Of a DNA stretch of 42,786 bases, positions 27,748 through 36,219 are shown piece by piece. The stretch's first letter is position 1; every line of letters begins with the position of its first letter. The position numbers and the translations under genes are program-made. Under the pieces are notes generated by a model. That model saw only the letters and a program-made list of their open reading frames with translations. It did not search any database and was not told the origin of the DNA. The stretch lies in sequence record SRR20825019_2383; one strand, written 5' to 3'.

Positions 27748-28764
27748 ATGGCTGTGACAGAGCTCAATAGCACCTCACATCCCAAAGTGAGCGATGATCT
27801 GCTTAATCAGTGGCAGACCATGCTTGATTTGCTGGCTGAGTTCATGACCGTTCCGGTCGCTCTCATCATGCGACTTGACAAGGACAGAATCACGGTTTGC
27901 GTCAAAAACAATGCTGTGAGTAACCCTTATCACGTCGGCGAGGCTGACACTCTGCTTGGCTCGGGCCTGTATTGTGAAGAAGTCGTTCGTGGCAATGCGC
28001 CCTTGTTTGTAAAAAATGCCCTCAACGATCCTGTCTGGCAGGATAACCCCGACATTGAACACAATATGGTCAATTACCTTGGCCTGCCGCTACACTGGCC
28101 GAATGGCGATATCTTTGGCACGCTCTGCGTACTTGATTCAAAATCTCATTCCTATGATGACAAGCAGCAGGGCTTAATGCAGCAGATGCAACTGATGGTT
28201 GAAAACCATCTGGAATTATTGGAAAAAAATCACACACTTGAACAATTAAGTCATCATCTCCAGTGCCTGGCTGATACGGATGAATTAACAGGAATCTGGA
28301 ATCGCCGTGCCTTTATTGTCGAGAGCAATAAAGAATTGCAGCGGGCACAGCGCAGCCAACATCCTGTTTGTCTTCTGATGATGGATATCGATGATTTCAA
28401 AGAAATCAACGACGCTCACGGTCATGAAGTCGGCGATGAGGTGCTCAAGCTATTTACTCACTGCCTCACTGCGACTAAGCGGGCTTATGATATTTTTGGT
28501 CGGATTGGGGGAGAGGAATTCGCCATGCTTTTGCCGGAAACCCGACGCAGCGAGGCGATGGAACTGGCGGAACGAATCAGGCACAAAGTCAGCGAAATTT
28601 TCTTTCACAAACATCACAGCGAGATCCGGATCACCATCTGCATTGGCGTTTATGAACTCGCCAGCAACGATACCACGATACTGGCAGCACTCAGTAAGGC
28701 CGATGAAAGGCTTTATGCCGCTAAACGCGCGGGTAAAAACAAGGTTATGGATTGCATCAACTGA
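27748..28764 (+). CDS. GAF-GGDEF diguanylate cyclase
   Basis: GAF (YLGLPL...FGTLCVLD), TDELTGIWNRR, RAYDIFGRIGGEEF. Start probably ATG 27748 or GTG 27754. Confidence 0.9.
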   Translation: MAVTELNSTSHPKVSDDLLNQWQTMLDLLAEFMTVPVALIMRLDKDRITVCVKNNAVSNPYHVGEADTLLGSGLYCEEVVRGNAPLFVKNALNDPVWQDNPDIEHNMVNYLGLPLHWPNGDIFGTLCVLDSKSHSYDDKQQGLMQQMQLMVENHLELLEKNHTLEQLSHHLQCLADTDELTGIWNRRAFIVESNKELQRAQRSQHPVCLLMMDIDDFKEINDAHGHEVGDEVLKLFTHCLTATKRAYDIFGRIGGEEFAMLLPETRRSEAMELAERIRHKVSEIFFHKHHSEIRITICIGVYELASNDTTILAALSKADERLYAAKRAGKNKVMDCIN

Positions 28765-28765
28765 T

Positions 28766-29821
28766 TCAGCCTGCCATCGGCTGCATACCACATTGACGTA
28801 ACAGTTTCTGCCAGCTTTTCGTGTGACGCTTCACCGCTTCATCAAACTGATGCCACAGGCTCCCTTTATTACTGACATCTATTACCTGTCGATAATAAGG
28901 CTGGAACGACGCTGGTAAATCCGGTTTTTGTAGCTCGATCAGGGACGAAAGCCCGCTGAATAGCAACTCTCCATCACGACTGACATCAGAAATATATGGC
29001 TGTACCCGGGCAATATAAACATTGAAAAAAACGCCCTTGACCCGCTCAGCCCGAGGATTAGGCTTATTCATGTAACACAGCGGTTTACCGCTGATTTTTT
29101 GCTGCAGCATATCGGATGCATCATTAAGCCTTGTGATCAGCAAACGGGCACTATTGATAAGCTGCCCGCCACTGTGATCGAAAACCCAGCGCTGCTGAAT
29201 TTCACCCATTTTTTTTAACTCGGGCTCCAGCGAGCCGGACTTTAATGCCTGTAATACCTTGCTGGCATGCTGCAAATCCGCTTTCAGGGTTTCAGGACTG
29301 ATATGAGCTTGATCCTGCTGGTAGAAACCGCTGGACTGGCTCATCAACTCCGCTATGGGTTCATCAGCCCAGATCGCATTCCAGAAGTAGTGTGTCAGGG
29401 TATCCTGTTTCTGCTGAATTGCCTGCTTCAACCGGGCTTTCAATTTCTGCTGTTCAATTTCAGGCAGGCACTGTCTGGCTTCATCAATAAATCGTAGCTG
29501 ATATCGTAAATCATTGAGTGGCGTCATCACCCTGCCCATCGCTGAGTTACGCTCCCCGACAACGACCTGCAGTTGGCAACCGTATAAAGAGAGAAAATCC
29601 AGCATATTGATTTTGATCTGCTCAATATCAATACGCCGGTCACGCAGTCTGGGCAAAGTCTGCACTTCAATCAGTTGACTGGTCTGCTCATCGACTTCCA
29701 ATACCCTCGCGAGCCGCTCTATATAGCTCTCCATCATGCTGTCTGGCTGTGAGAAGGGATCACAGCCGGACAACAGCAGGATTATCATGCTCATCACCCA
29801 TACTCGATTCACAGCGAACAT
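28766..29821 (-). CDS. DUF3080-like lipoprotein
   Basis: Lipobox LSGC, YIERLARVL, LYGCQL...ERNSAMGRV, WQKLLRQC. Confidence 0.75.
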   Translation of the reverse strand: MFAVNRVWVMSMIILLLSGCDPFSQPDSMMESYIERLARVLEVDEQTSQLIEVQTLPRLRDRRIDIEQIKINMLDFLSLYGCQLQVVVGERNSAMGRVMTPLNDLRYQLRFIDEARQCLPEIEQQKLKARLKQAIQQKQDTLTHYFWNAIWADEPIAELMSQSSGFYQQDQAHISPETLKADLQHASKVLQALKSGSLEPELKKMGEIQQRWVFDHSGGQLINSARLLITRLNDASDMLQQKISGKPLCYMNKPNPRAERVKGVFFNVYIARVQPYISDVSRDGELLFSGLSSLIELQKPDLPASFQPYYRQVIDVSNKGSLWHQFDEAVKRHTKSWQKLLRQCGMQPMAG

Positions 29822-29825
29822 GATG

Positions 29826-30143
29826 TCAGGTAATCAGCGTCATGGCCTGCTCAGTGGACAAAAAGATTTCGCTCTCGGTCAGTGCCACAATCTCGTGTTC
29901 CTCGCCTGATTTAGCATAGAGATAATCCCCTTCGTTCAACTCCACCCCGCCAATCAGTACCTGACCATTAAGTATCATGATTTCGGCATTTCCCTCGTAA
30001 ACATGATGTGGAAAGTGGGCACCCTTTCTCATCTTGATTATCGCCGTTTTACCACCTTTATTATTGACGCGGAAAACACTTTTTTCGATTCCCTGCTGAT
30101 CCGAGGTCTGCCAGTTCCGCTCTGTTGCTCTGTTTACTAACAT
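29826..30143 (-). CDS. Cupin-domain protein (ChrR-cupin-like)
   Basis: KGAHFPHH...EIMILNG...GDYLY...GEEH. Confidence 0.75.
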   Translation of the reverse strand: MLVNRATERNWQTSDQQGIEKSVFRVNNKGGKTAIIKMRKGAHFPHHVYEGNAEIMILNGQVLIGGVELNEGDYLYAKSGEEHEIVALTESEIFLSTEQAMTLIT

Positions 30144-30169
30144 CTTTTGTTCCCTGAATATCTATTCAC

Positions 30170-30877
30170 TTATTCCAGATAGCCACCTGCGGCCTGTATT
30201 ACTTCATGCGATCCCGGTTTCGTAAGCCAGACAGCGATGGCTGTTTGCTGTTGCTCTTTATTGGGCCATGCAGTAAAAAAGAATTGCCAGTACTGCTGAC
30301 CGCTTAGCTGCCTTTTATCGAGCACCACAAAGTCATGCACTAATGTCCGCCCGCGATTCTCTCCCGCTTCAACCTCACTATCCAGCCCCATCCCGAGAAT
30401 AACAACATGAGCGGTCAGGGTTTCATTAGCACCAAAGCGGACGGTTAACTCTCTATCATTCAGACTGGCACTTAATACACCTGGTATTGAATCACTGCTT
30501 TCAATCAGTGGCTGTCCATTAAACCAGCCACGCCATTCACGACTGTTGACCACAAATCCCGGTGTATAGACCTGTGACAAAATTCCTTGCCGAACCATTT
30601 CTCGCTGACGTTGAGAGTAGTCTTCACTGGCAAAGCGATCAGGCCAGCCCAGTTCATCCCAGTAATCAACATGAAAAGCCATCGGTATCAGCGTTCTGAA
30701 CAGGCGTCGGTCCTGTTTGAGTGAGGACAACCATTTGTCAGCCGGCGGACAACTACTGCAACCTTCTGAAGTATAAAGTTCCACTATGGTTGTTTGACTG
30801 ACGTTACTACTGAATTCCAATGCCGAAATCTGTGCCGGCAACAAACAGATAGCAATCAAACACACACGAAGTATCAT
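30170..30877 (-). CDS. DUF1223 secreted thioredoxin-like protein
   Basis: VELYTSEGCSSCPPAD, FHVDYWD, YTPGFVV, GENRGRTLVHD. Confidence 0.88.
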   Translation of the reverse strand: MILRVCLIAICLLPAQISALEFSSNVSQTTIVELYTSEGCSSCPPADKWLSSLKQDRRLFRTLIPMAFHVDYWDELGWPDRFASEDYSQRQREMVRQGILSQVYTPGFVVNSREWRGWFNGQPLIESSDSIPGVLSASLNDRELTVRFGANETLTAHVVILGMGLDSEVEAGENRGRTLVHDFVVLDKRQLSGQQYWQFFFTAWPNKEQQQTAIAVWLTKPGSHEVIQAAGGYLE

Positions 30878-31012
30878 TCCTCACCCGACACAAACTAATC
30901 GCTTATGATCTTGAGAACATGGCTGATGACTGGAGTTCCGCACAAATGCTGGCATCACAGTGATCATTGAACAGAGATCGTGTTCACACATTGCTGCAAG
31001 CAATGGACGACG

Positions 31013-31027
31013 TCAGAAAATTACTGA
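31013..31027. promoter_or_regulatory. Palindromic operator upstream of pqqA copy 1
   Basis: TCAGAAAATTACTGA; a matching motif sits at the same spacing upstream of copy 2. Confidence 0.65.
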
Positions 31028-31116
31028 GCCTTTTCCCGTAATATGCTGATTTTAAATAATATGCCATCGGCTACTATGTAATCGTGTTAATAAAAAAGCG
31101 CCGGGAGGTGAGAACC

Positions 31117-31188
31117 ATGTGGACTAAGCCAGACTACAACGACATGCGTTTTGGTTTTGAGGTTACGATGTATATCAATAACCGCTAA
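31117..31188 (+). CDS. pqqA: PQQ precursor peptide PqqA, copy 1 (absent from the ORF track)
   Basis: [23 protein letters not shown] with E15-x-x-x-Y19; RBS GGGAGGTG; own terminator. Confidence 0.96.
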   Translation: MWTKPDYNDMRFGFEVTMYINNR

Positions 31189-31210
31189 TCAAACTGATTA
31201 ATTGACTGGG

Positions 31211-31234
31211 AAACCCCGCTACGGCGGGGTTTTT
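31211..31234 (+). terminator. Rho-independent terminator of pqqA copy 1
   Basis: AAACCCCGC-tacg-GCGGGGTTTTT. Confidence 0.85.
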
Positions 31235-31251
31235 CATGCTTGAAAATATTT

Positions 31252-31280
31252 TTGACAGCGGCTTATAAACCCGATAAATT
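31252..31280 (+). promoter_or_regulatory. sigma70 promoter of the cold-shock gene, implying a long 5' UTR
   Basis: TTGACA-N17-TAAATT, about 150 nt upstream of the ATG, as in cspA-type leaders. Confidence 0.7.
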
Positions 31281-31430
31281 GAAATTAGCTTGAAAGTTGA
31301 TCTGAATATTTATTTTTCATTTCGATGCATTACCTTAAGTAGCTCGTCCTGTTTATTAATAAGTACTTCTGCACACCTTCCAGCTACACCGCCTGTTATG
31401 GCATGTTTTTATTAGTAAATAGGATTATCT

Positions 31431-31637
31431 ATGTCTACATCTACCGGTACTGTAAAGTGGTTTAACGAAACTAAAGGTTACGGCTTTATCGAACAAGAAA
31501 GCGGCCCGGATGTTTTCGCTCACTTCAGCCAAATCAAAGGCGATGGTTTCAGAACGCTTAAAGAAGGCCAACGTGTTGAGTTCACCGTTAGCCAGGGTGC
31601 CAAAGGCCCGCAAGCTGAGAACATCACTGCCCTGTAA
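31431..31637 (+). CDS. csp: Cold-shock protein, CspA family
   Basis: GTVKWFN, RNP1 KGYGFI, RNP2 VFAHF, KGPQAEN. Confidence 0.97.
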   Translation: MSTSTGTVKWFNETKGYGFIEQESGPDVFAHFSQIKGDGFRTLKEGQRVEFTVSQGAKGPQAENITAL

Positions 31638-31659
31638 TACTTTAATTACGGTCAGATTT

Positions 31660-31688
31660 AAAAAGCCCCGTTTTGACGGGGCTTTTTT
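31660..31688. terminator. Bidirectional terminator
   Basis: AAAAAGCCCCGT-tttg-ACGGGGCTTTTTT. Confidence 0.88.
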
Positions 31689-32440
31689 TATGCTGTGCCC
31701 GCCTCAATTTCAATCACTTTACGGGCGAAGCTTTCATACTCCTGCCATAAGTCTTTTGCCATGGTGTCCGGAAACAGATGACACTCGCCCTTTTTCAATG
31801 CTTCAATAATCCCGTCCGCTACCAGAGCCGGCGGTTCAGCGACATCCATCAATCCGGCGCTACTGGCCATATCCGTGGCAATTGGTCCCGGATGCACGCT
31901 CAGCACCACTGTATTCTGCTCTGCCATTTCATGACGTAGCGCCTGGGTAATTGAATAGGCTGCTGCCTTTGAGGCCGCATAGGTGGCAAAAGCCGGAAAT
32001 GAACGGAGTGAGGCGATTGAATTCAATTGTACAAATGCGCCACCACCATTGGCTTTAAGCACCGGTGCAAAGGCCTGTGCTATACGCAGTAAGCCAGCCA
32101 CATTGATATCCATCTGGGTTTCCAGCGCATCAATTGATTCCGGCTGCAACGGACTGGCATTTTTAAGTATGCCGGCATTGTTAACCACAATATCAACATC
32201 CTGAGCATTAGCAGCGGCAGAGATCACGGTGCTGGGTCTGCTCAAATCGATATGAATGGCGGTGACTTTGTCTGCGTATTGCTGTTCCAAATCGGCAACC
32301 GAGTCGAGATTACGCACAGCCAGGTAAACTTTACGAGCGCCGCGTTGCAATAAGGTTTCGACAATCGCTCTGCCAATGCCCCGGTTCGCCCCGGTGACCA
32401 GAGCCACTTTATAGTTAATATCGAATGGCGTATTCATCAA
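31688..32440 (-). CDS. Short-chain dehydrogenase/reductase
   Basis: TGANRGIG, NNAG, YAASK, HPGPIAT. Confidence 0.92.
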   Translation of the reverse strand: MMNTPFDINYKVALVTGANRGIGRAIVETLLQRGARKVYLAVRNLDSVADLEQQYADKVTAIHIDLSRPSTVISAAANAQDVDIVVNNAGILKNASPLQPESIDALETQMDINVAGLLRIAQAFAPVLKANGGGAFVQLNSIASLRSFPAFATYAASKAAAYSITQALRHEMAEQNTVVLSVHPGPIATDMASSAGLMDVAEPPALVADGIIEALKKGECHLFPDTMAKDLWQEYESFARKVIEIEAGTA

Positions 32441-32583
32441 AAGTCCTTTGTTGTCGTTGTTTCAGATGAGATGGGGACCCAATGCAATCAACAAAGTTCG
32501 GACTGTCTTTTATTGCTATCAGCAGCCGAGTCACCTACATTATTCTTCATTAGCCTTTTCCAAAACGATAATAAAGCCGAACA

Positions 32584-33885
32584 ATGGATAACTATAAAGC
32601 ACTTCTGGATCAGTTTCTGACGACCACTATGCACTGGCTGAGCAGTCCCAAGTTTTATTCTCAGATAGGCTTGATTCTGCTCGCCCTGTTAATTGCCTTT
32701 CCGTTGGCCAAATTCCTTAAATCCCGTTCGCCCATGCTTCGCCAGGCCCCCACTGATGGGGCCATGATCAACCTGAGACAAGGGATCTATCGCTTACGAG
32801 ATTTGGTACTGCCGTTAATGATGATCCTGTCGCTGTCAGTCGCTGCGGATATCGGCCAGGTGCTGATTTCCCAAAGCTGGCTCATCAGAATCAGCCTGAG
32901 CCTGGCTGTGATCTTCATGCTTTACTCCATCATCAATCGCTTTGTCGAAAAACAGCTGTTTCGCAAGCTTGCGCTGTGGATGATCCTGCCCATTGCGGTA
33001 CTGCATATTCTGGGTTGGCTGGATGAAGTCGTCGTCTATCTTGAAACGATTTCACTGCAAATCGGCAACTTCAAAATATCTGCCTATGGTGTTGCCAGAG
33101 TCCTGATCTTCGGCTCGGTGCTGTTCTGGTTGGGCAGACTCTCCAATAACGCAGGGCAGCAGATTATCCGTAATCAGGAAGATCTGGATCTCGGTACCCG
33201 TGAAGTCTTTGCCAAACTGTTTCAGGTCACCCTGTTTGTGGTGGTGTTTTTGATGTTATTGCAAATCATGGGCATTAATCTCACTGCACTTGCCGTCTTC
33301 GGCGGGGCTGTGGGTGTCGGCCTTGGTTTTGGTCTGCAATCCATTGCCTCCAATTTCATATCAGGCATTATTCTGCTCCTGGATCGTTCCTTGTCGGTCG
33401 GTGACTATGTGGAAATGGAAGATGGTCGTGCCGGCACTATTCGTGAGCTAAAAATGCGTTCAACCACGCTGGAAACCTTCGATGGCAAAGACATCATGGT
33501 GCCCAACGAACAGTTCATTACCACCAGTTTTACCAACTGGACCCATAAAAATCAAAAGCAGCGTTATGCACTGAATTTTCAGGTGGCTTACAAAACTGAT
33601 CTGCACAAACTGTTTGAGGTGGTCCGGGAGGTCGTCGCCAGTCATCCACAAGTGATCAGCGGGCCGGATATTCCGATTGAAGAAAGGCCGGATGCCGAAA
33701 TTCAGGGCTTTGCCGACTCCGGCATCGATATTCTGGTCGAGTTCTGGATGGAAGGTATCGATGACGGACGCAACCGGGTGGGCGGCGATCTGCTACTCAT
33801 GATCTGGGATGCCCTGCAACAGCATGGTATTGAAATTCCGTTCCCGCAACGCGAGATCAAGATACTCGGTCAGCCTTCGCAATAG
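32584..33885 (+). CDS. MscS-family mechanosensitive channel
   Basis: ALAVFGGAVGVGLGFGLQSIASNFISG, VPNEQF, IEIPFPQRE. Confidence 0.92.
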   Translation: MDNYKALLDQFLTTTMHWLSSPKFYSQIGLILLALLIAFPLAKFLKSRSPMLRQAPTDGAMINLRQGIYRLRDLVLPLMMILSLSVAADIGQVLISQSWLIRISLSLAVIFMLYSIINRFVEKQLFRKLALWMILPIAVLHILGWLDEVVVYLETISLQIGNFKISAYGVARVLIFGSVLFWLGRLSNNAGQQIIRNQEDLDLGTREVFAKLFQVTLFVVVFLMLLQIMGINLTALAVFGGAVGVGLGFGLQSIASNFISGIILLLDRSLSVGDYVEMEDGRAGTIRELKMRSTTLETFDGKDIMVPNEQFITTSFTNWTHKNQKQRYALNFQVAYKTDLHKLFEVVREVVASHPQVISGPDIPIEERPDAEIQGFADSGIDILVEFWMEGIDDGRNRVGGDLLLMIWDALQQHGIEIPFPQREIKILGQPSQ

Positions 33886-34040
33886 CCTGATTTACGGGCA
33901 TGGCAACTTCATTTTCTGAATGTTCCTTGCGCGCAAGGTTTCATGCTAATATAAACTTCAAGGTTTGTGATCTTCACTTGTTATTCACAATGGCTGATAT
34001 GCAATAAGAGAAGGTCAGTGACAAAATATGCGAGGTGAGT

Positions 34041-34439
34041 ATGAAGTTCTCTCCCTTTATCGCGCCTTCAATCGTCTTGATGGTTGTTGCCTTCAATCAG
34101 ACATTTGCCGGCTCGTCTCCAGATAATCAGGCTGTTGCCCAGATCAGTGCTGAACAGCAGCGTATCACTCAAATCAGCGATACCTGTTACCAAAGCTGGC
34201 AGCAGTTGCATTGGACTATCGGCGAGAACGGCATGCCAGCAGCCAATCACCCGGCTTTCAATAACGGTATCAAGCGTATTTGTCAGGCACGCGCCGAATT
34301 ATTCTTCGAAGGCTATGAGATTTCCCCCTTTATCGAGCCGGAATCCCAGGCACAGATATATCCCATTGTGTTTCGTCCCGACGTTGAAGAGATCAAAGAG
34401 CACCTGCGTCTTAATCTGCCACAACTGCGCCTGATCTAA
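34041..34439 (+). CDS. Exported hypothetical protein
   Basis: Signal peptide ending TFA-G, two Cys; RBS GAGGTG before ATG 34041. Confidence 0.65.
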   Translation: MKFSPFIAPSIVLMVVAFNQTFAGSSPDNQAVAQISAEQQRITQISDTCYQSWQQLHWTIGENGMPAANHPAFNNGIKRICQARAELFFEGYEISPFIEPESQAQIYPIVFRPDVEEIKEHLRLNLPQLRLI

Positions 34440-34623
34440 GCCCTATCAGTCTTGGCAAACCGGCCTGGACAAGGTATTTTTGCGCCTCCCCTCGCCACTG
34501 ACACAAGAAAATACCTGCATCAAAGCGTTGATTCAGTATTTTTTTGAAGTACTTACCTTATTCGACTACTGTTAATCCGCCTTCATTATGCATAATATAG
34601 TGTGCATTTTGATGCAGACGATT

Positions 34624-34641
34624 TGTATTGCGCGCCATACA
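34624..34641. promoter_or_regulatory. Putative autoregulatory operator of the OhrR-like gene
   Basis: Near-palindrome TGTATTGCGCGCCATACA, about 20 nt before the ATG. Confidence 0.5.
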
Positions 34642-34660
34642 CAATCATAAGGATGAACGC

Positions 34661-35122
34661 ATGTCGCAATTTGATAACTTAAAACTAGACAAACAACTGT
34701 GCTTCGCTCTCTACAGTGCCACTAACAACATCACGCGTCTCTACCGTAGTCTGCTGGATGAGTATGATCTGACTTATCCGCAATATCTGGTGTTGCTGGT
34801 ACTGTGGGAAAAAGATGGTGTCGCCATCAAGGAAGTCATGAAAAGACTGAATCTCGATTCGGGTACACTCTCCCCTATTATCAAACGCCTGCAGACTGCC
34901 GGTATGGTAGACAAGGTTCGTACTGATAAAGATGAACGTATCGTTCGTCTGCTACTGACAGACAAAGCCAAGAAACTGGAGCCGATGATTGCCAAAGTTC
35001 AGGAAAAAGTGGCCTGTCAGACGGAATTGTCCTCAACGGAGTTTTTCGAACTGCTCGATCGCTTGAATCAACTTGCTTCCAGTCTGAGACAAAAGGAAGC
35101 AAAGCAATCGCTCGCTTCATAG
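34661..35122 (+). CDS. ohrR: MarR-family regulator, OhrR-like
   Basis: LKLDKQLCFALYSA with the sensing Cys, LTYPQYLVLLVLWE, LDSGTLSP, DER, second Cys near the C-terminus. Confidence 0.85.
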   Translation: MSQFDNLKLDKQLCFALYSATNNITRLYRSLLDEYDLTYPQYLVLLVLWEKDGVAIKEVMKRLNLDSGTLSPIIKRLQTAGMVDKVRTDKDERIVRLLLTDKAKKLEPMIAKVQEKVACQTELSSTEFFELLDRLNQLASSLRQKEAKQSLAS

Positions 35123-35163
35123 TCAGCCACTTCTCAGGCCCTGCCCTATGGCGGGGCTTCTGA

Positions 35164-35946
35164 TCAGAAACGTATCGAAGCAATAATGCGCAGTGCCAGC
35201 CACACAAACAAGAGTGGCAATAGCACCATAATCAGCAGAAATTCAGCCAATAAATAAACGGCAGCTTCCACGCCCTGCTCAGCCCGGCTTTTCACCTGTT
35301 CGAGCCGAGCCCCGACATCAACCCGCTCACGCAAATTGCTGAACCAGCCTCCGGACTCCTGCTGATAGTTTTCATTGAGCTGATCGACACTGGATTGCGC
35401 TGACTGTAATACTGAAACTGCCTCCTGTCGCTCGGTTTGCAGCCATTGCTGCGTCTGGTGAGAAACCAGTGCCAGCACCGGAACAACAAGCCGGAGTACA
35501 GTCAGTACAACAAGTAGTTTCAGTATCATTTGTCCTGACCAGCCAGCACTGGGTTTTAGGATCAACAGCAGCAGAGCAAGCATGGCGAGTAGTACAAGCA
35601 GAACCTGGAACAACAGATGGTCGCTGAGCATCAGAATAATTTGCTGCACGCCTAACGATGCCGACGCAACCAGCAAAACGGAAGAAACCTGCTCTATTAA
35701 ATCATTAAGCGGGTCGAGTATTTCACCCGGGGTCAATGTGAGCCCAACGCCCATTGGCTCGATCGACATCTCGGTGCCCTGCGCCACTGAAATGACGGCA
35801 TTGAGACCACGTGCCAGCGCGTATACGGTTAAGGTGACCTTGAGCATTTGTGCCAGTTGTCCGGCAAAAGTTTGTTCCAGCGGCAAACAGGCAAGTACAA
35901 GGCAAACAATGGCAATGCCGATAAACGATTTCTGTCTGAAAGACAT
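35164..35946 (-). CDS. Hypothetical membrane protein
   Basis: Several TM segments; ARGLNAVISVAQGTE...GEILDPLNDLIEQ. Start ATG 35946 follows AGGAGG. Confidence 0.75.
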   Translation of the reverse strand: MSFRQKSFIGIAIVCLVLACLPLEQTFAGQLAQMLKVTLTVYALARGLNAVISVAQGTEMSIEPMGVGLTLTPGEILDPLNDLIEQVSSVLLVASASLGVQQIILMLSDHLLFQVLLVLLAMLALLLLILKPSAGWSGQMILKLLVVLTVLRLVVPVLALVSHQTQQWLQTERQEAVSVLQSAQSSVDQLNENYQQESGGWFSNLRERVDVGARLEQVKSRAEQGVEAAVYLLAEFLLIMVLLPLLFVWLALRIIASIRF

Positions 35947-35971
35947 GTTTCCTCCTGACCGTCGCTGTTGC

Positions 35972-35986
35972 TCAGGAAAATCCTGA
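35972..35986. promoter_or_regulatory. Palindromic operator upstream of pqqA copy 2
   Basis: TCAGGA-AAA-TCCTGA, a perfect 6-bp inverted repeat; 12/15 identical to the copy 1 motif. Confidence 0.65.
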
Positions 35987-36088
35987 TGAATAACGCGCCA
36001 AACACTGATTGTGCTTCTGGTGGCAATCTCTAAAATAACAAACAACTACTTGAAGTTCTCAAGTAATAAACAAACGAGGAAATTCACC

Positions 36089-36160
36089 ATGTGGACTAAA
36101 CCAGAATACTCAGACATGCGTTTCGGCTTCGAAGTCACTATGTATATCTGCAATCGCTAA
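36089..36160 (+). CDS. pqqA: PQQ precursor peptide PqqA, copy 2 (absent from the ORF track)
   Basis: [23 protein letters not shown] with ExxxY; RBS GAGGA; own terminator. Confidence 0.96.
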   Translation: MWTKPEYSDMRFGFEVTMYICNR

Positions 36161-36180
36161 TACATAGCTGCAACGCAAAG

Positions 36181-36208
36181 AAAAGCCCCTTCCAAGGGGC
36201 TTTTTTTT
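36181..36208. terminator. Terminator of pqqA copy 2, probably bidirectional
   Basis: AAAAGCCCCT-tcca-AGGGGCTTTTTTTT. Confidence 0.88.
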
Positions 36209-36219
36209 ATGCCTGAAAG

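Noticed and set aside
34454-34461. GGCAAACC as the start of a c-di-GMP-I riboswitch
   Set aside because: No GNRA-capped P2 stem or GACGCAAA segment follows.
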